Part shown: positions 1-10,800 of the stretch, piece by piece
How positions within the stretch are numbered: position 1 is the stretch's first letter
Layout of the letters: every line of letters starts with the position of its first letter
Source: Aulosira sp. ZfuVER01
GTDB taxonomy: Bacteria; Cyanobacteriota; Cyanobacteriia; Cyanobacteriales; Nostocaceae
Reading direction: 5' to 3'
DNA: 64,000 nucleotides
Assembly (NCBI GenBank): GCA_034530615.2
Contig: JAVRCV020000037.1
Span: 1-64,000, forward strand
Position numbers and translations under genes: made by a program
The notes under the pieces: model-generated
Database searches by the model: none
What the model was told of the DNA's origin: nothing
What the model saw: the letters and a program-made list of their open reading frames with translations, nothing else

Positions 1-1225
1 ACAATCCTTCCCTATTATTTATTTGTTTTGGAATAATAAAAACTGGGATGCACCCTATAGCTATTTCCTTTTTTTGGAAAATCTCAGATGGAATTTCTGG
101 CGGATAAGCCATATAAAGCAATCCCATCATTTTTTCAAATTCTCTAATAGTTGTTGATAATATTTTAATTAGTTTTGTATGCTCTTCTACTATTCTTTTT
201 TCATCATAATTATCATATTGTTGCACTAATAAGGTAAGAGGTTGGATAATTTTGGTGTTTAATCCTTGTCCTTTACTTGTAATATCTGTTAAGTCTCTTA
301 ATTCGTCTTCGTCAAAGTCGGTTTTTAAATTATTTTTAAATTTTTCAATGATTTTTTCGATAAACTTGCGATCGCTCTTTATTGCTTCAACTGCCAGAGC
401 TAGATTTTCTACTGCTCTATCTATGTGAGGTTTCAGTCTTTTAATATCTTCTTGTAGCTGGATTTCTTCGGATTTGACATCATAATTGAATACCCGGTCA
501 AACAATTCTTTGGGCGTACGTAAATTTAATATAATAGGCAGTAAATAAACAGTTAACAATCCTTGGCATAAAAGATTAAGTTCCTCGGAATTATTGGGAA
601 AGGGATTGTTCTGTTCTTTATATTTAGCTATTTCTGTTTGATATTTATTAGCATTTTTTTCCATTAATTCAAGAAAAGGTTCTAGATCTCGATCGAGATC
701 TACACCATGAGCTAATAAAGTTAAAGCTTCCATATCATCCTTACCTACAAAACCATCAACCTGTAAACATCGTTGATTTTTTAAAATATCTAAGACGATT
801 TCTTGTGTTTTTACATCAAAGGTACTATTAGTAATAGCAGGTTGATACTTGATATTTTTAAATTGCTTCCATGTGGAAATAATCCGTTGCAAGTAATTTT
901 TAATCAGTAAAACTTCTGAATCAAACATTCCAGGTTTAAGAACACTGTAAAGTTCCACAGTTACAAAACGAGTATCACCTAAAATATCTTTTTCTAATTT
1001 GTCACGTAATTCACTTATTTCACTATGATTTTCCTCATCATCTCTCATTTTAATGTCTATAAAATCTACTAAAGCTTCATAAACTTTCTGGGCTAAATTT
1101 TCAATAGAAGCATTAGCACCTTGGCTTTGAATTTTGTTGGCTAAATTGTGAATTGTAGTACTATCTAATGTGTAGTCTTTAATATCTGGATAATCCGGAA
1201 TCCAGCCTGTGCCTCTCTTTTTCAT
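1..1225 (-). CDS. N-terminal part (>=408 aa, runs off window) of a probable papain-like C1-family peptidase with a PG-binding-like insertion; not in the ORF track
   Basis: ATG at 1225 behind an AGGAGAAGG RBS; hand translation found no stop down to base 2. Starts MKKRGTGWIPDYPDIKDY, like the GWxPDxPDxxD leader of bacterial C1A peptidases. LKPGMFDSEV...LQVDGFVG resembles a PG_binding_1 domain. The catalytic Cys/His region is not visible in the window. Confidence 0.6.
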   Translation of the reverse strand, partial: MKKRGTGWIPDYPDIKDYTLDSTTIHNLANKIQSQGANASIENLAQKVYEALVDFIDIKMRDDEENHSEISELRDKLEKDILGDTRFVTVELYSVLKPGMFDSEVLLIKNYLQRIISTWKQFKNIKYQPAITNSTFDVKTQEIVLDILKNQRCLQVDGFVGKDDMEALTLLAHGVDLDRDLEPFLELMEKNANKYQTEIAKYKEQNNPFPNNSEELNLLCQGLLTVYLLPIILNLRTPKELFDRVFNYDVKSEEIQLQEDIKRLKPHIDRAVENLALAVEAIKSDRKFIEKIIEKFKNNLKTDFDEDELRDLTDITSKGQGLNTKIIQPLTLLVQQYDNYDEKRIVEEHTKLIKILSTTIREFEKMMGLLYMAYPPEIPSEIFQKKEIAIGCIPVFIIPKQINNREGL

Positions 1226-1256
1226 TATTCCTTCTCCTGATTAAGCTAAAGTTACA

Positions 1257-4200
1257 TTAATTGCATAAATTTGGGGGAACACTGGTGTGAGTTTGCAGGT
1301 AATCGCGGATTTGATTACATCCTTGTTGCCGAAAACTCTGCAAACTTACATTAAACACATTCCAGAGCAATACAACTCCATCCTTGCCGGCAGAAACTAA
1401 AAATTTACTATCGGAACTAAAACTCACGCGATTGACATCAGATTTATGTCCAATCAAAGTCATGATTAAAGTTCCATTGCGTCGCCAAAGTTTGATAGTG
1501 CGATCGCTACTGGCGGTGGCTATTATTTGTCCATTGGGGCTAATACTGGCATCAAGCACCGCCGCAGTATGTCCCTCTAGAGTGGTGATGAGTTTTCCAT
1601 CTAAACTCCAAAGTTTAGCAGTTCGGTCACTACTAGCAGTGACAATTGTTTGTCCATCTGGGCTGAAACTAGCATTCCAAATTGAACCAGCGTGTCTGAT
1701 GGAAGATTTGATTTCTTGACCATCTAAGTTCCACAACTTCACTGTTTGATCGTCACCCGCAGAGGCAATAATTTTTCCCTTTGGACTAAAATTAACGCTC
1801 AACACTCTGCCATTATGTCCTGTGAAAGTATTAAGTTCTTTGCCGTTGAGATTCCAAAGCTTCACAGTTCTATCATCACTAGCAGAGGCAATAGTTTGTC
1901 CATCAGGACTGAAGCTGACCATATTGACGCTATTTTGATGACCTGGGAGGATTTTCGGCGCTTTTCCATCTGCACTCCAAATGCTAATGCTGTTGTCATC
2001 ATTGGCAGTGGTGATCGCTCGCCCCTTTGGGCTAAAGTTCACATCATAAACGCTGTTTTGATTGATTTTTTGTGTGGAGAGTAACTTACCTTTAATATTC
2101 CACAACCTTAGCGTTCCGTCTTTACCAACACTTGCTACCTGTTGATTGTCAGGGCTAAACTTTGCACTACTGGCAGAACCTTGATGTCCTACTAAAACAG
2201 TCAACCAGTGACGATTCACTTGCCAAAGCTTCGTAAGCTTATCATTACTAGCGGTAGCAAGAATCTGCCCATCTGGACTAAAGTCTACACTGGGAATTTG
2301 TCCTTCGTGACCTGCCCATGTGTCCAGTAGTCTGCCATCTCGCGTCCAGAGTCGCACAATTCCATCTGCACTACCAGTAGCTAGTGTTTGTCCATCCCTA
2401 CTTAAACGCACACTCCATAGCTGTTCTGGGTGTTTGAGAGTTTGTATGACTTGACCCTCTTTATTCCAGAGTTTGACGGTTTTATCCAAGCTAGCAGTGG
2501 CAATGATCTGGCCATCTAGACTGAAGTCTGCACTCATCACAGTATCATCATGTGCCGAGAGAGTTTGCAATGGCTTTCCGTCTCGTTGCCAGAATTTTAA
2601 TGTCTTGTCATTGCTGATTGTGATTATTCGATTACCATCAGGACTAAAACGCACCTGCCTGACTGATTTATCATGTCCCGTAAGTGTTGTTATCGGCTGA
2701 CCATTAACTCGCCACAGTTTAGCTGTTTTATCTTTGCTTGCAGTAGCAATGGTTTGACCATCAGGACTAAATGCTACACTCAAAACTGAATCCTGATGAG
2801 CCTTGAAACTCCCGATCAAATTGCCATCACGCTGCCAAAGTCTTACAGTTCCATCTTGACTAGCTGAAGCAATCATCTGGCTATCGGAACTAAAGGCCAC
2901 ACTGATTACAGGTTTTGTATGTCCCTTGAGAGTTTTAATCAAACTACCATCTAATCGCCAGAGCTTAACTGTATTGTCATAGCTAGCTGTAGCCAGAATC
3001 TTACCATCTGGGCTAAAACTCACACTTTGAACAACATCTTGATGTCCCTCCAGACGGTTACATTCTCGCGTCCAGTAGACTGCTTGCCCCAAGGATGTCT
3101 GCATCTGTGCTTGTATTTTTTGCAGCGTGTTACCCCAAACACTTGACTGCAAGCGATTAGCTGCATCTAAGCCGACCATTAAAGAATCAAATGTATTGCG
3201 ATTAATGGTAAAACGGGCTGTTGAAATTTGTTCTAGGGCAATAATCTGAGCTTCTTCGGCTCTTTGATACTGAATGGTCGAAAAAGTGGCTAGTGTTAAT
3301 GCTACAACGGAAAAAGCAGATAATCCCAGAATTGTCCTTAGGCGTTGGCGATCGCGCAATTCTACGCTGCTATCTATAAACTTGTTTGCTGTTATACTAA
3401 AACCACCCAAAACTTGATTAAAAGTTGGGTCTTGTCTTAACTCTAAAACCTGCTCTAACTTCGATCCGCTCCAAAGTTCATCGTCTGTTTTTTTAGCTTG
3501 CCAACGTGCTACATCATCGTTGAGGCGGTTACGTAATCCTATAGCTTGGTGATTTTCTTGAATCCAGGTATTAAGAGTTGTCCAAGAAGTTAATAGAATT
3601 TCATGGGCAATTTCTATTGTAGATTCTGAGGATTGCGATTGGCGATCGCCAGGTATTGCTGCAGCAACATCACTGACTAAAAGATTTTCATTAACTAACT
3701 TTTCTAATAAATCTTTCTCTAGTTGGTCGTTAAATTCGGAAATGTTCGCTCGACGACGTATTGGCTTCCATCCACTATCAAGTTTATCGTTTTCACCAAC
3801 ACCAACTAGTTTCAAAAATATTCTTTGGGCAGCTAGCTTTTGTTGTGCCGATAAAGCATCATAAATAAAATCTACACGTTGTTGTAGCGCTCCTCTAACA
3901 CCACCTAATCCTCGATAAGTACTAATATTTAGTGTGCGGTCTTGAATACTATTCGTTTTTACTTCTGTCTCCCAGAGTAAATCTAAGGTGTACTGCAATA
4001 AGGGTAAATAGCCTGCTTGTCCTTGGATATCTTGAATGATTTCCTCTACCAATCCAGTTTCTAATACTACCCCATGCTGGGCTGCAGGTTGCTCAATTGC
4101 TAACCGCAACTCATCTGGTTGCATTTCTGCAATCATCGGACGATGCCGATCTGTAGCTTTAATAAGTTGGGCATAGGGGCTTAATCTATCCAGAAAATCA

Positions 4201-4832
4201 GCCCGCATGGTTGCCATGATTTTGATAGAATCATGCTGAGTTTTACTTAATTGCACCAAGCTAGCGATAAACTGGTCACGCTTTTGGGGTTGACTACTAG
4301 TAAATAACTCTTCTAATTGGTCAATAAAAATAAAATAGTAATCATCAGTCTGCTTTAATCTGCTTACTACTTGTGTTAGTGTATCAGCTTTAGCTTCACG
4401 GGCAATTTGGGCTTCAGTTTGTTTATATTTTCCTAATAAACTGCCATATAAAGATTCAAACGGATCGCCATCTGGAGTAAATATCAATTTAACTAACCGC
4501 GATCCCCATTTTTGTGAAAGCCAGGGAATTAAACCTGCACGTATAACAGATGATTTACCACTACCACTAGCTCCCAAAAGTAAAATTAAGTTGCTCTGTT
4601 CTAGTTCATTGACTAAACTTGTCAGAAATTGATCTCGTCCAAAAAATAAGTCTTTATCTTCTGGCTCAAATTTCTTTAAGCCTTTGTAGGGAGAGGTTAG
4701 GATCAATTGACGGGTTTTAATTTCTGCAACCGAGATTTGCAAAATTTGAGTTTGGTTAAACGTAACAACGCTACTGTCACCAATCGAAACATTACTTATC
4801 TTTTGCTGACTGCTAGGAAATTCCTGATTCAT
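1257..4832 (-). CDS. nSTAND1 NTPase - TM helix - ~14 WD40 repeats (NLR-like protein)
   Basis: SPYKGL..F...D..LFFGR, Walker A GASGSGKSS, Walker B FIFIDQLEE, EIAHE motif, hydrophobic TILGLSAFSVVALTLATF, then GH...V.FSPDG..IATAS.D.TVKLW repeats. Start set at ATG 4832, which overlaps the upstream stop (ATGA). Confidence 0.92.
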   Translation of the reverse strand: MNQEFPSSQQKISNVSIGDSSVVTFNQTQILQISVAEIKTRQLILTSPYKGLKKFEPEDKDLFFGRDQFLTSLVNELEQSNLILLLGASGSGKSSVIRAGLIPWLSQKWGSRLVKLIFTPDGDPFESLYGSLLGKYKQTEAQIAREAKADTLTQVVSRLKQTDDYYFIFIDQLEELFTSSQPQKRDQFIASLVQLSKTQHDSIKIMATMRADFLDRLSPYAQLIKATDRHRPMIAEMQPDELRLAIEQPAAQHGVVLETGLVEEIIQDIQGQAGYLPLLQYTLDLLWETEVKTNSIQDRTLNISTYRGLGGVRGALQQRVDFIYDALSAQQKLAAQRIFLKLVGVGENDKLDSGWKPIRRRANISEFNDQLEKDLLEKLVNENLLVSDVAAAIPGDRQSQSSESTIEIAHEILLTSWTTLNTWIQENHQAIGLRNRLNDDVARWQAKKTDDELWSGSKLEQVLELRQDPTFNQVLGGFSITANKFIDSSVELRDRQRLRTILGLSAFSVVALTLATFSTIQYQRAEEAQIIALEQISTARFTINRNTFDSLMVGLDAANRLQSSVWGNTLQKIQAQMQTSLGQAVYWTRECNRLEGHQDVVQSVSFSPDGKILATASYDNTVKLWRLDGSLIKTLKGHTKPVISVAFSSDSQMIASASQDGTVRLWQRDGNLIGSFKAHQDSVLSVAFSPDGQTIATASKDKTAKLWRVNGQPITTLTGHDKSVRQVRFSPDGNRIITISNDKTLKFWQRDGKPLQTLSAHDDTVMSADFSLDGQIIATASLDKTVKLWNKEGQVIQTLKHPEQLWSVRLSRDGQTLATGSADGIVRLWTRDGRLLDTWAGHEGQIPSVDFSPDGQILATASNDKLTKLWQVNRHWLTVLVGHQGSASSAKFSPDNQQVASVGKDGTLRLWNIKGKLLSTQKINQNSVYDVNFSPKGRAITTANDDNSISIWSADGKAPKILPGHQNSVNMVSFSPDGQTIASASDDRTVKLWNLNGKELNTFTGHNGRVLSVNFSPKGKIIASAGDDQTVKLWNLDGQEIKSSIRHAGSIWNASFSPDGQTIVTASSDRTAKLWSLDGKLITTLEGHTAAVLDASISPNGQIIATASSDRTIKLWRRNGTLIMTLIGHKSDVNRVSFSSDSKFLVSAGKDGVVLLWNVFNVSLQSFRQQGCNQIRDYLQTHTSVPPNLCN

Positions 4833-5347
4833 ATCCCCGCCCATAACTTAGCAACCAAAGGTGCTAATTTTAATGCTGGTTCAGCTATTTCCGCAACTCC
4901 CGTTAAACCCTTTTTCAGAGCGGCGATAGACTGTTCCACTAAGTTTTTGTCTGGCTTCGGCTTATTTAATTCCCCTTCAATTGTCTGTAGCGGGACTTCT
5001 AATGTTTTCTTTTCTATCGGGTTTAAGGCATTACTTGTGGCAATATCCTGTTTCAATTTTGAGAGTAATGTAAGAGCTTCTTGGACATCAACATTCTGAA
5101 CTCTAGCCTGAATCTTACTTTGACTGACATTGCTTCCCCCATCTGCTTGGTTCTGATTAAAATCAATACCAGAGTTACCGCTACCAATGGTGATACCTTC
5201 AATATTTTGAGAGTGAGACTCCACAACTTTCGCAGCAGTAGCTATACTACCTAAAACACTAGGTAAAGACTCTTGCAGTTCCAGCTTTTCTTCATCTGTG
5301 AGGTTTTTGATGATTTCTAAAACCTCACCAACGCTGTATTTCGGCAT
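4829..5347 (-). CDS. small helical protein with a central N/Q/G/S-rich amyloid-like motif, translationally coupled to the NLR
   Basis: ATG at 5347 (MPKYSVGEV...), 172 aa; its TGA overlaps the NLR ATG. Confidence 0.8.
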   Translation of the reverse strand: MPKYSVGEVLEIIKNLTDEEKLELQESLPSVLGSIATAAKVVESHSQNIEGITIGSGNSGIDFNQNQADGGSNVSQSKIQARVQNVDVQEALTLLSKLKQDIATSNALNPIEKKTLEVPLQTIEGELNKPKPDKNLVEQSIAALKKGLTGVAEIAEPALKLAPLVAKLWAGI

Positions 5348-5685
5348 ACATAGTACATTTGAAACTATGTCACAACATACCAAAATTCAAATTTAATTGG
5401 TATAATTTCGGATAATTTATCCAAAATCAGGATAAATTTAACATATCTTAAACACAAAAGTTTAAGCGAATCTGGGGTCATTATTAGTTTTTGTAATTAG
5501 TATTTTTAGGCTGAAAGGGCTATAAATTAACCATCAGGGTTGCAATACAACTGAGAGTTAGGGAACTGAATTTATAATAGATACTTATAGTTAACAGGAT
5601 AATATAGTTACAAGTGCGATCGCATGACTTCACCTAACATCTGTGATTCATTAGAATAGTGACAGAAAAATCTCAGAATAATTAA

Positions 5686-5762
5686 CCGCCGATAAACACG
5701 GATAAACGAGGCAGTAAGCCCTTGCGGTTCCCCGACTTGTAGCAACTGCCGTGCCGATAAAT
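5686..5762. repeat. Nostoc-type small dispersed repeat with an apparent nested insert
   Basis: ccgataaa/cggataaa units interrupted by GC-rich gaggcagt...ggttcccc...gtagcaactgccgt, which has ggcagt/actgcc inverted ends. Confidence 0.5.
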
Positions 5763-5770
5763 TAAGATAT

Positions 5771-7333
5771 TTAATCTTTAGTTCCTCGCTGCTCATTTGC
5801 TTCTTCAATTACTTCCGAATTTCCTTGCAAAGGCTTCACCACCCGAGCGATCGCTTCTTGTACAAAAGCCTTAATAAATTCATCCCGGCGATTAATTTGA
5901 AACTGTCGCTGTACAACTTCTGTCATCCCACCATCGCCCCAATCTTGGTCGTGGCGGAAATATTCAATAAAACTTTTCCCCGCAATCCGTGTTAAATAAG
6001 CTGCTGTTACACCTTGAATTGCTTTACCAACAATAAAAGTCGCTGGGTTAGTTTGCAAAGCGGTAGAAAGTAATTGAATTGCTCCCTTGACAATTCCCAG
6101 ACTGGCAAGGGTTTTCGCTAAAGATAAAGCTAACTCTCGCCCCCTTTCCATGTTCAATTCACAGCCGTAAATTCTCCCGATTTCTACTACCATTTGGGCA
6201 TTTACAGCAGCTGTTGCCAGTAAATCTACTACAGGTAAAGGTGTGACCGATACCACCCCAGCCCCAATCCACTGAAATCGCTCGACTATTTTATCTGCTT
6301 GGCGGCGACGTTGAGCATCGATGAGTTTACGCGCTTCTTCTCCCAAACGCAGAGATTGTAACAGAATATTATCTGCTACTAAATCTTCACCCTCAGCCCG
6401 TAAAATTGCTGCCATCCGCCGCAGTAAGGGGACAATATCTGGTTCGGGATGGTAAATTTCGCCAGTTTCTAATTGGGCAGTTTGGGGATTAGCCGCGATC
6501 GCAACGACATCGTTAGGGGCAATAAATCCCCGCACCCGTTGGCGCAACCTTGCTAAGATAGATTCCTTGTTTTCATCTGTGTATAAATCTGTTTTGTTGA
6601 GAATCAAGAGCGATCGCTTACCAATTTCTGCTAAACCCCGCAATGGCTCATATTCTGAACGCCGTAAATCATTATCTACCACAAACAACAGTAAATCAGC
6701 TTCCGTTGCCAAAGCGCGTGCGAGTTGTTCTCGTTCTGTTCCCGCTACCCCGGCTTCTAAAATCCCTGGTGTATCGGTAATTAAAATTTTGCGTTCTAAT
6801 CCCTTCAACCGCAGACAATAGGTTTCTCCTACTTGGGTTGTACCCATCGGTGCGTCAACTTGTCCCACCATGCGCCCCATCACAGCATTGACTAGGGAAG
6901 TTTTGCCAGCGCTCCCCGTACCAAACACCACAACTTGAATTTCACCCCTGGCTAAATTGACTTCAATCTCCCGCGATCGGCTGAGTAAAGCTTGCTTGGC
7001 TACTTCATCTTGAATCTGTGAAACTTGCTGCCGCACAGCTTGTAACGTGGAAGAAGCCGCATCAGATTTGGCAGCGGGAATTTGCGCTGCTGTCACACGC
7101 GGGCGTTTGCGGCGAGAACGTTGCTCGCCTGCTTGCAGTACCAGCACATAATAAACAAAGGCGGCAACCAAGCCAGCGATCAGCACAATCAACAGCAGCA
7201 ACAGCAAATTGCCCAGTAACGGCGAATAGGACAATTGCCAGTAGAGACGTGAGAGGGAATCAATCAGCCACAGGCTTAACCCCAAAATAACTATCAGACC
7301 AACAATCAGCGTGACTATGCGTGACAGAGGCAT
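5771..7333 (-). CDS. membrane-anchored Era-like GTPase with DUF697 (YcjF family)
   Basis: Two N-terminal TM helices; G1 GTGSAGKTS, G3 DTPG, G4 NKTD; C-terminal PLPVVDLL DUF697-like region. Confidence 0.88.
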   Translation of the reverse strand: MPLSRIVTLIVGLIVILGLSLWLIDSLSRLYWQLSYSPLLGNLLLLLLIVLIAGLVAAFVYYVLVLQAGEQRSRRKRPRVTAAQIPAAKSDAASSTLQAVRQQVSQIQDEVAKQALLSRSREIEVNLARGEIQVVVFGTGSAGKTSLVNAVMGRMVGQVDAPMGTTQVGETYCLRLKGLERKILITDTPGILEAGVAGTEREQLARALATEADLLLFVVDNDLRRSEYEPLRGLAEIGKRSLLILNKTDLYTDENKESILARLRQRVRGFIAPNDVVAIAANPQTAQLETGEIYHPEPDIVPLLRRMAAILRAEGEDLVADNILLQSLRLGEEARKLIDAQRRRQADKIVERFQWIGAGVVSVTPLPVVDLLATAAVNAQMVVEIGRIYGCELNMERGRELALSLAKTLASLGIVKGAIQLLSTALQTNPATFIVGKAIQGVTAAYLTRIAGKSFIEYFRHDQDWGDGGMTEVVQRQFQINRRDEFIKAFVQEAIARVVKPLQGNSEVIEEANEQRGTKD

Positions 7334-7657
7334 GGTGGATATTCAGTAGGCGGATGCTTCTAATCTTAATAGTTTCAGTGTTTTTCACCATCGGTCTTTA
7401 GTCCCGAAATCGCCACGATCGCCAAATGCTGGCAAAATAACTCTGTAGTAGTGCGATCGCAAATAACAGATATAGGATTACACTAGACACTCAACAAAAA
7501 ATATTTGACACCTTTTTTACAACTAAACTACGAATATTGTCTAGGTTAGGATTTAGCAATTAGCTATCAGATTGTAGTAAAAAACAACAATCTTTCATAA
7601 AACCTTTGCGCCCCTTCGCGCGAACTCCGCGCTCCTCTGCGTTTACAAAAGGAACGT

Positions 7658-7686
7658 TTGACACCCTTTTTCAATTCTCCTAGATT
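7658..7686 (+). promoter_or_regulatory. sigma70-type promoter candidate for the kinase operon
   Basis: TTGACA (7658-7663), 17 bp spacer, TAGATT (7681-7686), ~175 bp upstream of ATG 7861. Confidence 0.5.
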
Positions 7687-7860
7687 TTAATATTCATCCT
7701 AAATTTAAAATCAACGCCTGTATTCAACAGGAAGAGACTGCTTACAAAAATCCGAACTAAGATAAAAAAGAAACCACAGATAATAGGATATATGTGGATA
7801 TCTATATCAGCTTAATACCTCAGTAAATTTAACAAAAATTTAACAAATTAAAAATCAAAT

Positions 7861-10800
7861 ATGAGTATTACCATTGCTGGTTACAATCTCATCGAGGTTC
7901 TATATGACGGTACTACTACCTGTGTTTATCGTGCCCTACGAGAGCCAGAGCAAACATCAGTAATTATTAAAACTTTGAAAGCTGAGTATCCCACAATACA
8001 ACAGCTAACGCAATTAAGACATGAATATCAAATACTCCAACCTGTGGAAATAGAAGGAATTGTTAAACCCTTAGCTTTGGAGAATTATCAAAATGGTTTA
8101 GCACTAATTCTCTCAGATTTTGCCGGAGAACCTTTAAAAAATTTTATTAACAATCAAAATTTTGACTTAAGCATTTTTTTGAACACTGCTATTCAACTAG
8201 CTACTATTCTTTCACAATTACACCAAAACAATATTATTCATAAAGATATTAAGCCGCAAAATATTTTAATTAATCCGCAAACATGTCAAGTAAAAATTAT
8301 TGACTTTAGTATTTCATCATGTCTATCCAAAGAAAGTCAGAACCCTAGCGATCCTAACTTGTTAGAAGGTACCCTCGCCTATATGTCTCCAGAGCAAACA
8401 GGCAGGATGAACCGTTCAATTGATTATCGGACTGATTTTTATTCTTTAGGTGCCACTTTCTATGAAATGTTAACAGGGCAGCTACCTTTTCAAGTTCATG
8501 ACTCTTTAGAATTAGTCCATTGCCACATTGCTAAAACACCAGTACCTCCTCAAGAAATTAACTCACAAATTCCTTCAGTAATTTCTGATATTGTCATGAA
8601 ATTATTAGCCAAAACTGCTGAGGATAGATATCAAAATGCCTTGGGACTTAAAGCAGACTTAGAAAAATGCTTACAACAATTACAAGCAACTGGAAAAATT
8701 GCAAATTTTAGCATCGGTCAGCTGGATTTATATAGCCAATTTGTTATTCCTCAAAAACTTTATGGCCGCGAGAAAGAAGTTGCCATTCTCATGAATGCCT
8801 TTGAGCGAGTTAGTGTTGGGTCAACTGAGATAATGTTAGTAAGTGGGTACTCTGGTATAGGAAAATCCTGCTTAGTAAATGAAGTTCATAAACTGATAGT
8901 CCGTCAACGGGGCTATTTTATTTCGGGTAAATTTGACCAATTTAAACGTAATATTCCTTATGCTTCTTTAATTCAAGCTTTTCAAGAATTAATCAGGCAG
9001 TTATTAACAGAAAGTAGCAAGCAAATAGCAATTTGGCAAGCAAAGCTTTTAGCAGCATTGGGTAACAATGCTCAAGTTATTATTGATGTTATTCCTGAAG
9101 TAGAAAGAATTACTGGGTCTCAACCAGAAGTTCCGCAATTAGGCCCTGCTGAATCGCAAAACCGATTTAATCGACTGTTTCAACAATTTATTCATGTATT
9201 TTGTAAACCAGAACATCCGTTGGTAGTGTTCTTAGATGACTTACAATGGGCAGATTCAGCTTCATTAAAGTTGATTCAGTTGCTTGCGAATGACCCAGAT
9301 AGTCAATATTTATTACTGATTGGTGCGTATCGAGATAACGAAGTCCATTCCACTCATCCTTTAATGTTAACTTTAGAAGAAATTCAAAAATTAGGTGCAG
9401 TTGTCAACAATATTGTGCTTCAGCCTTTGCGAATTTCTTATGTTAACGAATTAGTTAGTGATACTCTCCACACCCACTCACAAAAGTCAGAATCACTAGC
9501 TGATTTAGTGTACAAAAAAACTCAGGGGAATCCTTTTTTCTTAACCCAACTACTCAAATCACTTTATCAAGAGAACTTATTGTCATTTAATTTCAGCGAA
9601 GCTTGCTGGCAGTGGGATATCCATCGTCTAGAAAATATTGATATCACTGATAATGTGATTGAATTAATGGTCAGCCAGATTCAAAAGCTGTTGCCGACTA
9701 CACAGAATGTTTTAAAGTTAGCTGCTTGTATTGGTGACAAGTTTACTTTAGATATTCTGAATATTGTTAATGAAAAATCTTTATCAGAAACCGCTAAAGA
9801 TTTATGGGAGTCTTTACAAGCAGGATTAGTTCTTCCCTTAAACCAGTCTTACAAAATTCCCCTGGTATTTGACTCAGACAACATAACGACTGTGCCGAAA
9901 AATGCCCAGTCAACAATTACCTACAAATTCCTGCATGACCGAGTGCAGCAAGCCGCTTATTCCTTGATTCTCCCAGAGGATAAAAAACAAACTCACCTAA
10001 AAATTGGCAAACTGTTACTCAAACATACTCCAGAAGCAGAACTCGAAGAAAATATATTTGAAATTGTCAACCAGTTAAATGTTGGTGCTGAATTAATTAC
10101 TCAGCAATCTGAAAAAGATGAACTCGCGCAACTTAATTTAATTGCCGGCAAGAAAGCCAAAGCAGCAACAGCTTATGAAACTGCTGTTCGGTATTTATCT
10201 AACGGACTAGAACTGCTTTCTGATGATAGCTGGAATCATCAATATAATTTGACATTAGATTTGTATGTGGAAGCTACAGGAGCAGAGTATCTAAATCTGA
10301 ATGCCGAACGAGCAACAACTCTGGCGGAAGTAGTTCTCAAACAAGCGAAAAGTTTGCTTGATAAAGTCAAAATTTATGAACTACAAATGCTGTTTTATAT
10401 CCAGAGAAATCAAATGAAAGCCGCATTAGAAACTGGGCTCAAAGTTCTGGATATGATGGGTGTAAATCTGGCAACTGTTCCGCCGGAAAAGATGGATGTC
10501 GAAGAATTGGCGAACCGTCCAGAAATGACTGATGCAGAGCATTTAGCAATCATGCGGATTTTAGTCAGCTGTGCGGCTCCAGCTTATGCAACTACTCCGG
10601 AGGTATTTCCTAGTATTGCTTTTACACTTGTGAATCAAAGTGTTGAACATGGTAATACATCGCTATCTGCATTTGGATATGCTCTTTATGGCTTAATTCT
10701 CTGCGCTATTTTAGGAGATATTGAAACAGGATATCGCTATGGCAAACTCGGTTTAAAGCTGTTAGAGCAATTTAATGCTAAACAATTAAAAGCTGCTGTT

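Noticed and set aside
1384..2700. Plus-strand ORFs antisense to the WD40 repeats, and similar short antisense or nested ORFs throughout the track
   Set aside because: Shadow frames of well-supported genes with no recognisable motifs.
5608..5808. 66-aa minus-strand ORF
   Set aside because: It runs through a dispersed repeat and overlaps the GTPase end; no coding features.
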